A stretch of 64,000 nucleotides of DNA, taken from a virus (taxonomy: Duplodnaviria > Caudoviricetes). The notes below the pieces were generated by a model. That model did not search any database. It was not told where the DNA came from and saw nothing but the letters and a program-made list of their open reading frames with translations. Position numbers and translations under genes: made by a program. Below are positions 56,888 through 64,000 of this stretch, piece after piece. The stretch is taken from IMG/VR virus record IMGVR_UViG_3300031692_000001, positions 358 to 64,357 of that record; one strand, written 5' to 3'. Each line of letters begins with the position of its first letter. The stretch's first letter is position 1.

Positions 56888-57408
56888 AATGGTATACCTC
56901 CTTCAAATGTACCGCAATAAAAATATCTATATGCTTTTTTTAAAGACTCAAATACAATTACTCTACTCTCTTTTGATTCGATCATTTTTTTAAATTTTCC
57001 GTTTCTTTTTAATAAATCTAAAAAAATATTTGTGGCAAATCTCCAACATAAAAATTCCTGATTATCGGTCACAATCAAATTAAAATCCTTATCTTCATAT
57101 AACAAATGAATGGAATTAAATAGCCAATTAGAATTATTAAATTCCTCTCCATAACCTCTATCAAAATATATTTTTGAATAATGCCCTTCTTTTATTTTAT
57201 CCCAATAAGTATAAGTTATTACTAAATCATAATCAGTAGTGTTAATAGTAGGAAGACCAAATGCCCTACTACCTGTAAATAAAGTTTTGTCATCATCCCC
57301 AGAAATAAAATCATCCAAATAATATCCCAAAGGGCTTTTCTTATCTATTTTCAATTTGCTTTCAGAATCACATGTCATTATTTCTTTTCTCCTCCCAATT
57401 GTTTTCAA
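56884..57408 (-). CDS. Nucleotidyltransferase-like protein
   Basis: FTGSRAFG.....TDYD Pol-beta-type motif. Confidence 0.6.
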   Translation of the reverse strand: MKTIGRRKEIMTCDSESKLKIDKKSPLGYYLDDFISGDDDKTLFTGSRAFGLPTINTTDYDLVITYTYWDKIKEGHYSKIYFDRGYGEEFNNSNWLFNSIHLLYEDKDFNLIVTDNQEFLCWRFATNIFLDLLKRNGKFKKMIESKESRVIVFESLKKAYRYFYCGTFEGGIPF

Positions 57409-57434
57409 TCATATAATTCCTCCCCTTCAAATGG

Positions 57435-57767
57435 TTAATTAATTCTATTTTTTAATTCTTTATTTTCTATAGTCAATTCATCAATTTTATTTTTTAATTC
57501 CCATATCTTATCATTATGATCTGTATGCAATTCATTAATCTCTTCCTCATAATCTTTTCTCAATTCAGATATGTTTTTTTCAAATATAGCTTCCTGTTTA
57601 TTTACAATTTTTTCAATTATTTCTTTTTCTATAAAATTATAAAGTTCTTCCCCGATATCTAAATTCCAACCCCATCTATTTCTTTTTTTTAAGATTTCCC
57701 GAACCTTATCCTTCAAAGCTTCTTTTATCTCTCTTTTCTCAAAATAATCTAAACTATAGTCACACAT
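57435..57767 (-). CDS. Hypothetical coiled-coil protein
   Basis: Translationally coupled ORF. Confidence 0.5.
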   Translation of the reverse strand: MCDYSLDYFEKREIKEALKDKVREILKKRNRWGWNLDIGEELYNFIEKEIIEKIVNKQEAIFEKNISELRKDYEEEINELHTDHNDKIWELKNKIDELTIENKELKNRIN

Positions 57768-58734
57768 TCTTTTTTCCTTCCTTTTTCAAAAACATACTCA
57801 CTGCTAAACCCAAAGAAGCAATGATATCTATAAAAATAGCTGGGAAAGTCGACAACCAAAACTGAATAAAAACAGGTTCTATTTTCAATATAGTAGAAAC
57901 CCAAACATAAAAAGAAGCGCTTTGGATTTCTGTTTCCTCCGACATTCCCACTTCCGTTACTTCCTGAGAATTAAATTTTTTTATTTCCTTTCTTTTTTCA
58001 TCTAATAATTTATACAAAGAATTTAATTCTTTTTCCTCTATTTTCATCTTCTTATAAGCATCATTATACTCTTTTATAAATTCCTCTTTTTTTTCCATAT
58101 CAAAAGAATTTAAAATATCATTAGCTGCTTCCAAAGTCTCTTCCTTCCTAATTATTCTTTTTTCCAAACCCCTCTCTTCTTTATTATAGATTTCAGATTC
58201 ACTTTTTTTCTTAATTACTTCAAAATTATTACTTTTATTTTCATTCTCATTTTTTATCCTCTGATTATATTGACCAGCCACAGTAGAAGTCATAGAAAAA
58301 ACTATCACCACCAACCATAAAATAATAAAGGTACTTAAGGAAAAAGCTAAAATTACCGGAAGAGTTTCATTCAACCAAATCCCGGTATAATATATACTCA
58401 AAACAGATGCTCCTATTCCTATAATTCCCATACAAATTCTGATTAAAAAAATTATAAAAGGAGATATAAAAGAAATCTCTTTTTCCTCTTTCTTCTCCTC
58501 CTCCGGAATAACCGGAATTTCCAACTTCTTTTCCTCTACCTGGTAATTAGCATAATTCCGTTTTAAAAATCCCCGCTCCTGAAGGGTCCGGTAATACAAA
58601 AAAGCTTTATCCTTCCCATACTTAAATTTATCAGTTACCAAAGACATAGAAGGGACTTTATGAAACTTTTTAAAATAAGATATGATAAAAAGTTTTAATT
58701 CCTCTATTTCTTTTTCGTAGTTATCTTCTTTCAT
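57760..58734 (-). CDS. Membrane protein with N-terminal wHTH-like domain and coiled coil
   Basis: FHKVPSM...LQERGFL, then TM helices, coiled coil and C-terminal TM. Confidence 0.55.
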   Translation of the reverse strand: MKEDNYEKEIEELKLFIISYFKKFHKVPSMSLVTDKFKYGKDKAFLYYRTLQERGFLKRNYANYQVEEKKLEIPVIPEEEKKEEKEISFISPFIIFLIRICMGIIGIGASVLSIYYTGIWLNETLPVILAFSLSTFIILWLVVIVFSMTSTVAGQYNQRIKNENENKSNNFEVIKKKSESEIYNKEERGLEKRIIRKEETLEAANDILNSFDMEKKEEFIKEYNDAYKKMKIEEKELNSLYKLLDEKRKEIKKFNSQEVTEVGMSEETEIQSASFYVWVSTILKIEPVFIQFWLSTFPAIFIDIIASLGLAVSMFLKKEGKKNV

Positions 58735-60041
58735 TTTCCAGACTCCCTTTTATGATATTCTAAAGCTTTTTGTAAACTTCTATCACTAATATCTAAAATA
58801 ATATTATACTTTTCTCTCATATAAATTATAAATTTCTTCCAAGTAGCGTTATTCAATCCGAAATTCCCAATATTCCAAGTTTCCCAGGTATCAATAAACT
58901 CTTTATATTTATCCAAAAACTTTTTAATATTCCCACAAACTCCATTCCAATCCCCAGATTCATAAATATGATATATATTATAACCTTCTTTTATTTTCTC
59001 ATACCAATTTTCAATTTCAATAGCTTTTTTCCAAAATAAATTTAAATTAGTCCATTCTTTTTTTAACATTTTTCGAGAAATAAAAAGATCCATAGTCTCT
59101 TCTGAAAAATCTATTTCTTCCACATCTTTATCTTCTTCTTTCTTAAAACGATAATTTATACTTTTAGGGTGATTAAATAAACAGTATAGAAACCATGATT
59201 TTTTTGTCCTTGGATTATACAACCAATCCTCTATACTCTTTGTCATTTTAGATTTATCATATGGCCAATTCCCCTCTTTCCTCATCTTCCCAAACCGGGT
59301 GGCTGCTTTGACTAAACAGGATTCTAATTTTCCCGTAAGAATATCCCCATTTAACTCAGTTAAGTTTATTTTGTTCTTAGATAACCATTCATGGTCCAAT
59401 ACATATTCCCTCTCTATAAACCCGGATTGTAAACACTCTATGAACTGAACGGATTTGAGGACCGTGGCTGATGGTAGTTTGGTCCCGATCGGGAGGAGGG
59501 TTGAAAAGTTTCCCTTTTCCTTTACTATACTTAATATTTTTTTTATAGAGATACTTATATTTTTAATAGATGAGGAATTTTCCTTTTCTTTTGAAAAGGC
59601 TTCTTCTTTATCTTCTTTATAATTACTATTTTCTAATAAAAGAATATCTTCTAATGGTTTAGTTTTTTCGATAACGGTTTTACCGTTAAAGGTTTTACCG
59701 GGAACGGTTTTTACAGACATTTCTATAACATTATCAGGAGTAAAAACAAGTTTTTTACCTTTAAATTTTCCTTTTTCCTTTTCCTCTATTATTTCAATCA
59801 TCTGTAATTTTTCTAATATTTTTAATCCTGATGGAATCCATTCTTTAGATAATCCGGAATATGTGGAAATGGAATTTGTATAATATTTAATGTCTTTTCC
59901 ATTAAAATCACTATCCATTTCTGATATAGTGAGATATAAATTCCTTAATTTGGATAATTCTAATTTTTTGAAGTTTCTTCTTAATAGTCTTAAAATTTTT
60001 TTTTCTTGCCAACAAAAAGGTTGTTTTCTAATACTTCTCAT
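58731..60041 (-). CDS. Replication initiator (wHTH) with internal iteron-like repeats
   Basis: LYLTISE...ISTYSGLS..WI..GLK.LE...I HTH; 15-bp periodic repeats at 59655-59717. Confidence 0.65.
   Translation of the reverse strand: MRSIRKQPFCWQEKKILRLLRRNFKKLELSKLRNLYLTISEMDSDFNGKDIKYYTNSISTYSGLSKEWIPSGLKILEKLQMIEIIEEKEKGKFKGKKLVFTPDNVIEMSVKTVPGKTFNGKTVIEKTKPLEDILLLENSNYKEDKEEAFSKEKENSSSIKNISISIKKILSIVKEKGNFSTLLPIGTKLPSATVLKSVQFIECLQSGFIEREYVLDHEWLSKNKINLTELNGDILTGKLESCLVKAATRFGKMRKEGNWPYDKSKMTKSIEDWLYNPRTKKSWFLYCLFNHPKSINYRFKKEEDKDVEEIDFSEETMDLFISRKMLKKEWTNLNLFWKKAIEIENWYEKIKEGYNIYHIYESGDWNGVCGNIKKFLDKYKEFIDTWETWNIGNFGLNNATWKKFIIYMREKYNIILDISDRSLQKALEYHKRESGK
59655..59717 (-). repeat. Iteron-like 15-bp repeats (putative origin)
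   Basis: AAAACCGTTCCCGGT AAAACCTTTAACGGT AAAACCGTTATCGAA AAAACT followed by an A/T-rich tract. Confidence 0.55.
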
Positions 60042-60419
60042 TTATATTATTCCTTTCTTTACATATAATTTATTTCCAATAATAACAGCATTTATTTTAA
60101 TTTTCTTATTTTGAGTTTTATTTTTTATCTTGGTTATATATTTATAATTAGAGTCGTCTATTGTTTGGTTATACTTTGGGGTATATTTAAATATATATTT
60201 AGCTTCTTCTTCATTTAATAAGTTTTGATCTTCTATTGATAAAAAAGTATAAGAATCAAATATTTTTTTACCCTCTGAAACATGAAAATTTATCCTGGAC
60301 ATCATATTTACACTTTTACCTACATAAACAACTACATCTTTATATAATAAAAAATAAATTCCAGAAACCATTTTTTTACTAATTTTTTTTGACTGTTCTC
60401 TTATTTTTTCTATTTCCAT
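60042..60419 (-). CDS. GIY-YIG domain protein
   Basis: SGIYFL....VVYVGKS.N...RI..H, E...I....PKYN. Confidence 0.8.
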   Translation of the reverse strand: MEIEKIREQSKKISKKMVSGIYFLLYKDVVVYVGKSVNMMSRINFHVSEGKKIFDSYTFLSIEDQNLLNEEEAKYIFKYTPKYNQTIDDSNYKYITKIKNKTQNKKIKINAVIIGNKLYVKKGII

Positions 60420-60431
60420 AAAAACCCCAAT

Positions 60432-60590
60432 AAAAAAGGATATTTACTGGCACACCCGGAAAGGTTCAAGATTAGGCAAGGTTAATCTTTTGCACCAGTA
60501 AATATCCTAAGATATCCTTGCCAAGGATTGTAGTGATTGTTTCCGCAATCAGACAATTAAACTATATACTACTCTCCTTTAAAAGTAAAG
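60432..60590 (-). promoter_or_regulatory. Promoter and highly structured leader of the replication operon
   Basis: TTTACT-N17-TATAGT; 18-bp stem AGGAUAUUUACUGGUGCA / UGUGCCAGUAAAUAUCCU followed by U-run. Confidence 0.6.
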
Positions 60591-60600
60591 GAAAAAATAA

Positions 60601-60637
60601 AAAAATAAAAGCCAGGAGCTGAGAATAACTCTCGGCA
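60601..60637 (-). terminator. Terminator of the early transcript
   Basis: GCCGAGAGTT-ATTCTC-AGCTCCTGGC followed by TTTTATTTTTT. Confidence 0.65.
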
Positions 60638-60683
60638 AAATAAGGATTGAAATTCCAGTTTTAGAAAAGATCTGGAAACTCTT

Positions 60684-61058
60684 TTATATTTCTTCTTTTT
60701 CTACCCAATCCGGGTGATAAGACTCTGTATTATTTGAAATATATTTTCCACATCCTTTCCACATAAAAATCAGAAAAGGAGGAAAAATTTCATGATAATA
60801 ATTTCCTTCAGAATCTGAATCATACCCAGACTTTTTTAAAATTTTTTTTATGTCTTTTTCAGATTTTAACTTCCATCTGTACTCAGGGGGTTTTATATTT
60901 CCTTGCCCAATTTGCGAATATAAAAAGTCTTTTAACATATCGCATATTTCTCCTTCTTTTTTATATTCGCAATAAAAACCATCTGGGCCTATATAAGGAC
61001 TTTTTTCACACCCCTCACAAAAATAAAATACTGCTTGTTGTTTGGTTATTGGTTCCAT
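60684..61058 (-). CDS. Hypothetical protein
   Basis: AAGGAG RBS; Cys-rich N-terminus. Confidence 0.55.
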   Translation of the reverse strand: MEPITKQQAVFYFCEGCEKSPYIGPDGFYCEYKKEGEICDMLKDFLYSQIGQGNIKPPEYRWKLKSEKDIKKILKKSGYDSDSEGNYYHEIFPPFLIFMWKGCGKYISNNTESYHPDWVEKEEI

Positions 61059-61086
61059 AATATTTTCCTTTCTCCTTTAAAATAAT

Positions 61087-61728
61087 TTATTTAATATCTT
61101 TAAAAATACTTTTTGCAGCCCATATGCCATTAGATGTATTTTTTCTTTGCCAAGTTCCTAAACTTGGAGTCCACCAGAAGGCATGTTGTTTCAATTTATT
61201 CCTCATATCCTCATCTGGTTTTTCATCAAAAAATATTTGGACTCTTTCCAGGGCTGTATTATTAACAATTTTTATTCCTGGTTTTTGATCAATGATATGA
61301 ATAGAAAAATCACCGCTTTCAACCCGGTCCTGAATAATTTCTTTTTTCTTTATCCTATTTATTCTCTTCCTTATTTCTCCGATAATAGAATAATTACAGA
61401 GAAGTTCAAGGGCTTTATGCTCTGAATCTAATTTTTTTTGATTGCTTCTTACTGGAAAATTAGCAGATCCGGTAATCATAGTAGACATACACCTTGACTT
61501 TTTATTTAACCATTCAATATATATCTTATGATAATAGTCGAAGCATCCCTGGATTATTTCTTTATTTTCTTCATTGTATAATCCCGCATCTTTCACTGCC
61601 TGGATACTGTTATTACAATCTAATTGATAAGATTCGATAATTGAACCAGCTCTTTTTTCAGGATCAAAACTTGTCCCTATATGTGCCTGTCTTGCGGTTT
61701 CATACAGTATTTCTTTTATGTTTATCAT
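61087..61728 (-). CDS. Conserved mobile-element early protein (polyvalent-protein-type domains)
   Basis: TSFDPEKRA, SRCMSTMITG.ANFP, RVQIFFDEKPD...R..LK...F.W.PS...WQR motifs. Confidence 0.6.
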   Translation of the reverse strand: MINIKEILYETARQAHIGTSFDPEKRAGSIIESYQLDCNNSIQAVKDAGLYNEENKEIIQGCFDYYHKIYIEWLNKKSRCMSTMITGSANFPVRSNQKKLDSEHKALELLCNYSIIGEIRKRINRIKKKEIIQDRVESGDFSIHIIDQKPGIKIVNNTALERVQIFFDEKPDEDMRNKLKQHAFWWTPSLGTWQRKNTSNGIWAAKSIFKDIK

Positions 61729-61804
61729 ATTCTTTTTCTCTCCTCCGGTCATTCTATTTTCCCTTAACCCTGGGCGCTAGGTAGTAATACAACCAGCCGG
61801 GGAA

Positions 61805-61963
61805 TTAAACCCCAGTGGACCGTGCTGACTCTTCTGATTCTTCGTCTTCGTCGAGATGCACAGTATCATACTGCTCTTCATAGCAATAGTTGCATAGAAT
61901 TCCATAGTCATCACCACGGAATTTTGCATCGCCTTTTTCTCCCCCACATGTTTCACATATCAT
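61805..61963 (-). CDS. 52-aa Zn-finger cassette protein (not in ORF track)
   Basis: MICETCGG...LCNYCYEE; stop codon lies inside module T. Confidence 0.7.
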   Translation of the reverse strand: MICETCGGEKGDAKFRGDDYGILCNYCYEEQYDTVHLDEDEESEESARSTGV

Positions 61964-62008
61964 TACTTATTCTCCTTACCCTTAACCCTGGGCGCTGGGT
62001 ATTATGTT

Positions 62009-62293
62009 TTAATGGCCATAGCCTTTTTCTCCAAATTCAGGTCTTAAATTAATTATAGCATTTTTACATCTGAATAATTTCTTATCGTCGTGGAAATAGT
62101 GCAATTTTCCACTTCTTATGTTAACACAATTATAAACTTGACTTTTCTTTTTCCCCAAGGGAATTTCTACGGTTTCAATTTTCATGAAAGTTTCCACGGA
62201 TGTCTTGAAATCTTCAATTTCAAATATTTCGCAAATATTTAATTCCCCAAAATAATCACAAACTGTATACCAGAATTCATTTATAATTTTCAT
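62009..62293 (-). CDS. Hypothetical cassette protein
   Basis: Bounded by core A on both sides. Confidence 0.65.
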   Translation of the reverse strand: MKIINEFWYTVCDYFGELNICEIFEIEDFKTSVETFMKIETVEIPLGKKKSQVYNCVNIRSGKLHYFHDDKKLFRCKNAIINLRPEFGEKGYGH

Positions 62294-62313
62294 GCTTTAT
62301 CTCTCCTCTACCC

Positions 62314-62493
62314 TTAACCCTGGGTGCCGGGTGTTATTTTATTTGCACATTTAGGGCATAAATCTTTATTTTTTTTTCTTATCCAGCCTTTTTTCTTTGC
62401 GTTTTTTATTGTTTCAATCATATTATGTCCTGTCATGTCTTCTGTCCATTCTGAACAATTATCGCACCATATTGTATATGTTTTATTTATCAT
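62314..62493 (-). CDS. 59-aa Zn-finger cassette protein (not in ORF track)
   Basis: WCDNC...KKGW...DLCPKC; ends TPGTQG using the repeat's TAA. Confidence 0.75.
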   Translation of the reverse strand: MINKTYTIWCDNCSEWTEDMTGHNMIETIKNAKKKGWIRKKNKDLCPKCANKITPGTQG

Positions 62494-62516
62494 TTCAGCC
62501 TTTACTCTCCTTGCCC

Positions 62517-62753
62517 TTAACCCTGGGTGGTGGGTGTTTCTTCATCACGAAAAGCATATAATACACCCTGTAAAAATCCAAGAATAAATAAAAAATCATC
62601 ACTTTGCATGATATGTGTTTGCCCGCAAAAAATATCATAATTAGGTCCGGAATTTACTTTTTCAACATAAAAGTATTTTCCGGTTTCTCTCCCTATCGTA
62701 ATACAAATATTTTCTGCTCGAACTAAAAATTGCTCTTTTGTTAGTTCTCTCAT
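62517..62753 (-). CDS. 78-aa cassette protein
   Basis: Start MRELTK after core-A RBS; ends EETPTTQG using the repeat's TAA. Confidence 0.7.
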   Translation of the reverse strand: MRELTKEQFLVRAENICITIGRETGKYFYVEKVNSGPNYDIFCGQTHIMQSDDFLFILGFLQGVLYAFRDEETPTTQG

Positions 62754-62832
62754 ACTCACTCTCCTTACCCTTAACCCTGGGCGCTGGGTAATACAGCCAG
62801 CCGGGGAATTAAACCCCGGCGAACCGCTCTGA

Positions 62833-63030
62833 CTATTCTGATTCTCCCTCTCCTTCTGATTCTCGTATTTCCTGCATTTTTTCGTATTCAAATAATACAA
62901 TATTTTTCCTACACATATCTAAAGCTTCTTTTTTATCTTTCCCATCTCCGGTAATTCCTGATGAAATATGAGTACATTGAATGAAATTGGGGTATGGGAA
63001 ATTATTGATCGATTTATATTTGTATTTCAT
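62833..63030 (-). CDS. 65-aa cassette protein
   Basis: RBS from core A; stop at start of module T. Confidence 0.65.
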   Translation of the reverse strand: MKYKYKSINNFPYPNFIQCTHISSGITGDGKDKKEALDMCRKNIVLFEYEKMQEIRESEGEGESE

Positions 63031-63229
63031 GCTTTATCTCTCCTCTCCTCTGCCCTTGACCCTGGGTGGTGGGTGTTTCTTCCCTATCTATATTGAGATA
63101 GATCTCAAATTTTGAATCGTTTCCGCAATCATCACAACCTATAATTGCAATATCAGATAATCTTACGGACCCAGTTTTAAGTAATCGTTTAATTTCTTTT
63201 TCTGTTATATCTAAGTTATAAGCTTCCAT
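63014..63229 (-). CDS. 71-aa cassette protein reading through core A
   Basis: The repeat TAA is CAA in this copy, so the ORF extends through it. Confidence 0.65.
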   Translation of the reverse strand: MEAYNLDITEKEIKRLLKTGSVRLSDIAIIGCDDCGNDSKFEIYLNIDREETPTTQGQGQRRGEIKHEIQI

Positions 63230-63279
63230 GCTTCACTCTCCTCTACCCTACCCTGGGCGCTGGGTAATATCTTATTATA

Positions 63280-63435
63280 TTAAAAACTATTAGGACCGTA
63301 TTCCAATATATAATTAACTCCCTTTTCCTTGAACAGTTCTATTTCTTCGTACATTTCTTCACATGGTTCACATATTTTTTTATCATTTCCCATAGGAGCT
63401 ACTTCTCCACATTCTTCACATTTAGCATATTTCAT
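63280..63435 (-). CDS. 51-aa Zn-finger cassette protein (not in ORF track)
   Basis: AAGGAGAG RBS; CEEC...ICEPC. Confidence 0.7.
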   Translation of the reverse strand: MKYAKCEECGEVAPMGNDKKICEPCEEMYEEIELFKEKGVNYILEYGPNSF

Positions 63436-63455
63436 GATTCTCTCCTTACAAATTA

Positions 63456-63590
63456 TTATGAAAATCTCCGGTCCCGCTCTATGTCGGTTTCCGGCGACTG
63501 TTTTTCTTGTTTTGGAATATATACGAAAAATAGAAAATACAATCTATTATCACTTTCTATTTTTTCAAGTTCGGTCATTCTTGTCTTCAT
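63456..63590 (-). CDS. 44-aa cassette protein (not in ORF track)
   Basis: RBS from core A; ends ETDIERDRRFS, encoded by module D. Confidence 0.6.
   Translation of the reverse strand: MKTRMTELEKIESDNRLYFLFFVYIPKQEKQSPETDIERDRRFS
63464..63498 (-). repeat. Repeat module D copy 2
   Basis: 30 bp identical (inverted) to 20736-20765. Confidence 0.9.
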
Positions 63591-63626
63591 AGCTCTCTCC
63601 TTACCCTTAAACCTGGGTGGTGGGTT

Positions 63627-63842
63627 TCATTTTTGTTCCATAGGAATGGAAATTTTATCTATTTTATAAACTGCTCCTGGAAGAGAAAGACATAAAGATG
63701 TTCTACCTTTTGCCATATCAGGAATAAATTCTTTTTCTAAATATTCATAGACATCTTCTTCAGAGGTTCCACGAGTAGTAAAACAAAACTCTTTTTCTTT
63801 ACCTTTATATGTTCTTATAATGTATACTCTATAATTCTTCAT
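63627..63842 (-). CDS. 71-aa cassette protein
   Basis: Bounded by core A on both sides. Confidence 0.65.
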   Translation of the reverse strand: MKNYRVYIIRTYKGKEKEFCFTTRGTSEEDVYEYLEKEFIPDMAKGRTSLCLSLPGAVYKIDKISIPMEQK

Positions 63843-63879
63843 AATCTCTCCTTTCCTTTAAACCTGGGTGGTGTGGGTA

Positions 63880-64000
63880 TTATATTGATTTAATTTTTCG
63901 TATAAATGTAATAGTGAGTCTATCAACACCGAAAAAAGTAATATGCTGACAAAACTCATCATTTCCAGGACATCCCCACCAATACATTAACTTTGATGTA
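63880..64000 (-). CDS. 3' part of duplicated 56-aa cassette gene (truncated by window edge)
   Basis: 63874-64000 is identical to 29202-29328. Confidence 0.8.
   Translation of the reverse strand, partial: TSKLMYWWGCPGNDEFCQHITFFGVDRLTITFIRKIKSI

Larger units (their letters stand above)
61761..63882 (-). repeat. Array of nine core-A repeats separating small gene cassettes
   Basis: Copies at about 61761, 61971, 62301, 62505, 62759, 63043, 63236, 63595 and 63846; consensus ACCC-RSCRCCCA-GGGTTAAGGGTAAGGAGAG-N5-12-ATG. Confidence 0.95.

Noticed and set aside
62754-62900. N-terminal extension of ORF 62517..62900
   Set aside because: It runs through the repeat and overlaps the upstream gene; the RBS-led ATG at 62753 is the better start
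2944-63669. Plus-strand ORFs in the track other than 19838..20512 (e.g. 8045..8419, 10447..10878, 36844..37341, 43462..43932, 62324..62587)
   Set aside because: Mostly antisense shadows of well-supported minus-strand genes, lacking an RBS and recognisable motifs
61761-63882. CRISPR array
   Set aside because: Intervals are about 195-360 bp, variable and protein-coding; the repeats contain an RBS; no cas genes are present
61761-63882. Classical integron attC array
   Set aside because: The core is too short, lacks the RYYYAAC...GTTRRRY long imperfect palindrome, and no IntI-like integrase is in the window

Overview
This window is about 64 kb of an AT-rich tailed dsDNA bacteriophage (contractile-tail myovirus), encoded almost entirely on the minus strand. 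From left to right it holds lysis genes (0.3-1.3 kb); tail, baseplate and head genes of the DUF2184-capsid / DUF2213 / DUF1073-portal type (1.4-25.5 kb); accessory genes and the small terminase (25.5-34 kb); a large replication/recombination module (34.5-60.4 kb: HJ resolvase, RecA/UvsX, SSB, UvsY, clamp loader, PolA, clamps, DnaB, two MTases, SNF2, primase, sigma-like factor, split SbcCD, initiator); and an early region running off the right edge. The most striking feature is a modular gene-cassette architecture. Tiny ORFs, many absent from the ORF track, are separated by a small kit of GC-rich repeats: a 12-copy RBS-containing core, a tRNA-elbow-like module, two further structured modules and a promoter-leader module. 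These occur at three distant loci (19.7-21.2 kb on +, 27.7-29.8 kb and 61.7-64 kb on -). One cassette is present verbatim at two loci 34.7 kb apart. Cargo includes an AcrIII-1-like ring nuclease and an orphan HicB-domain protein. No integrase, reverse transcriptase, CRISPR array or true tRNA was seen. All calls come from reading motifs by eye; no database search was run.
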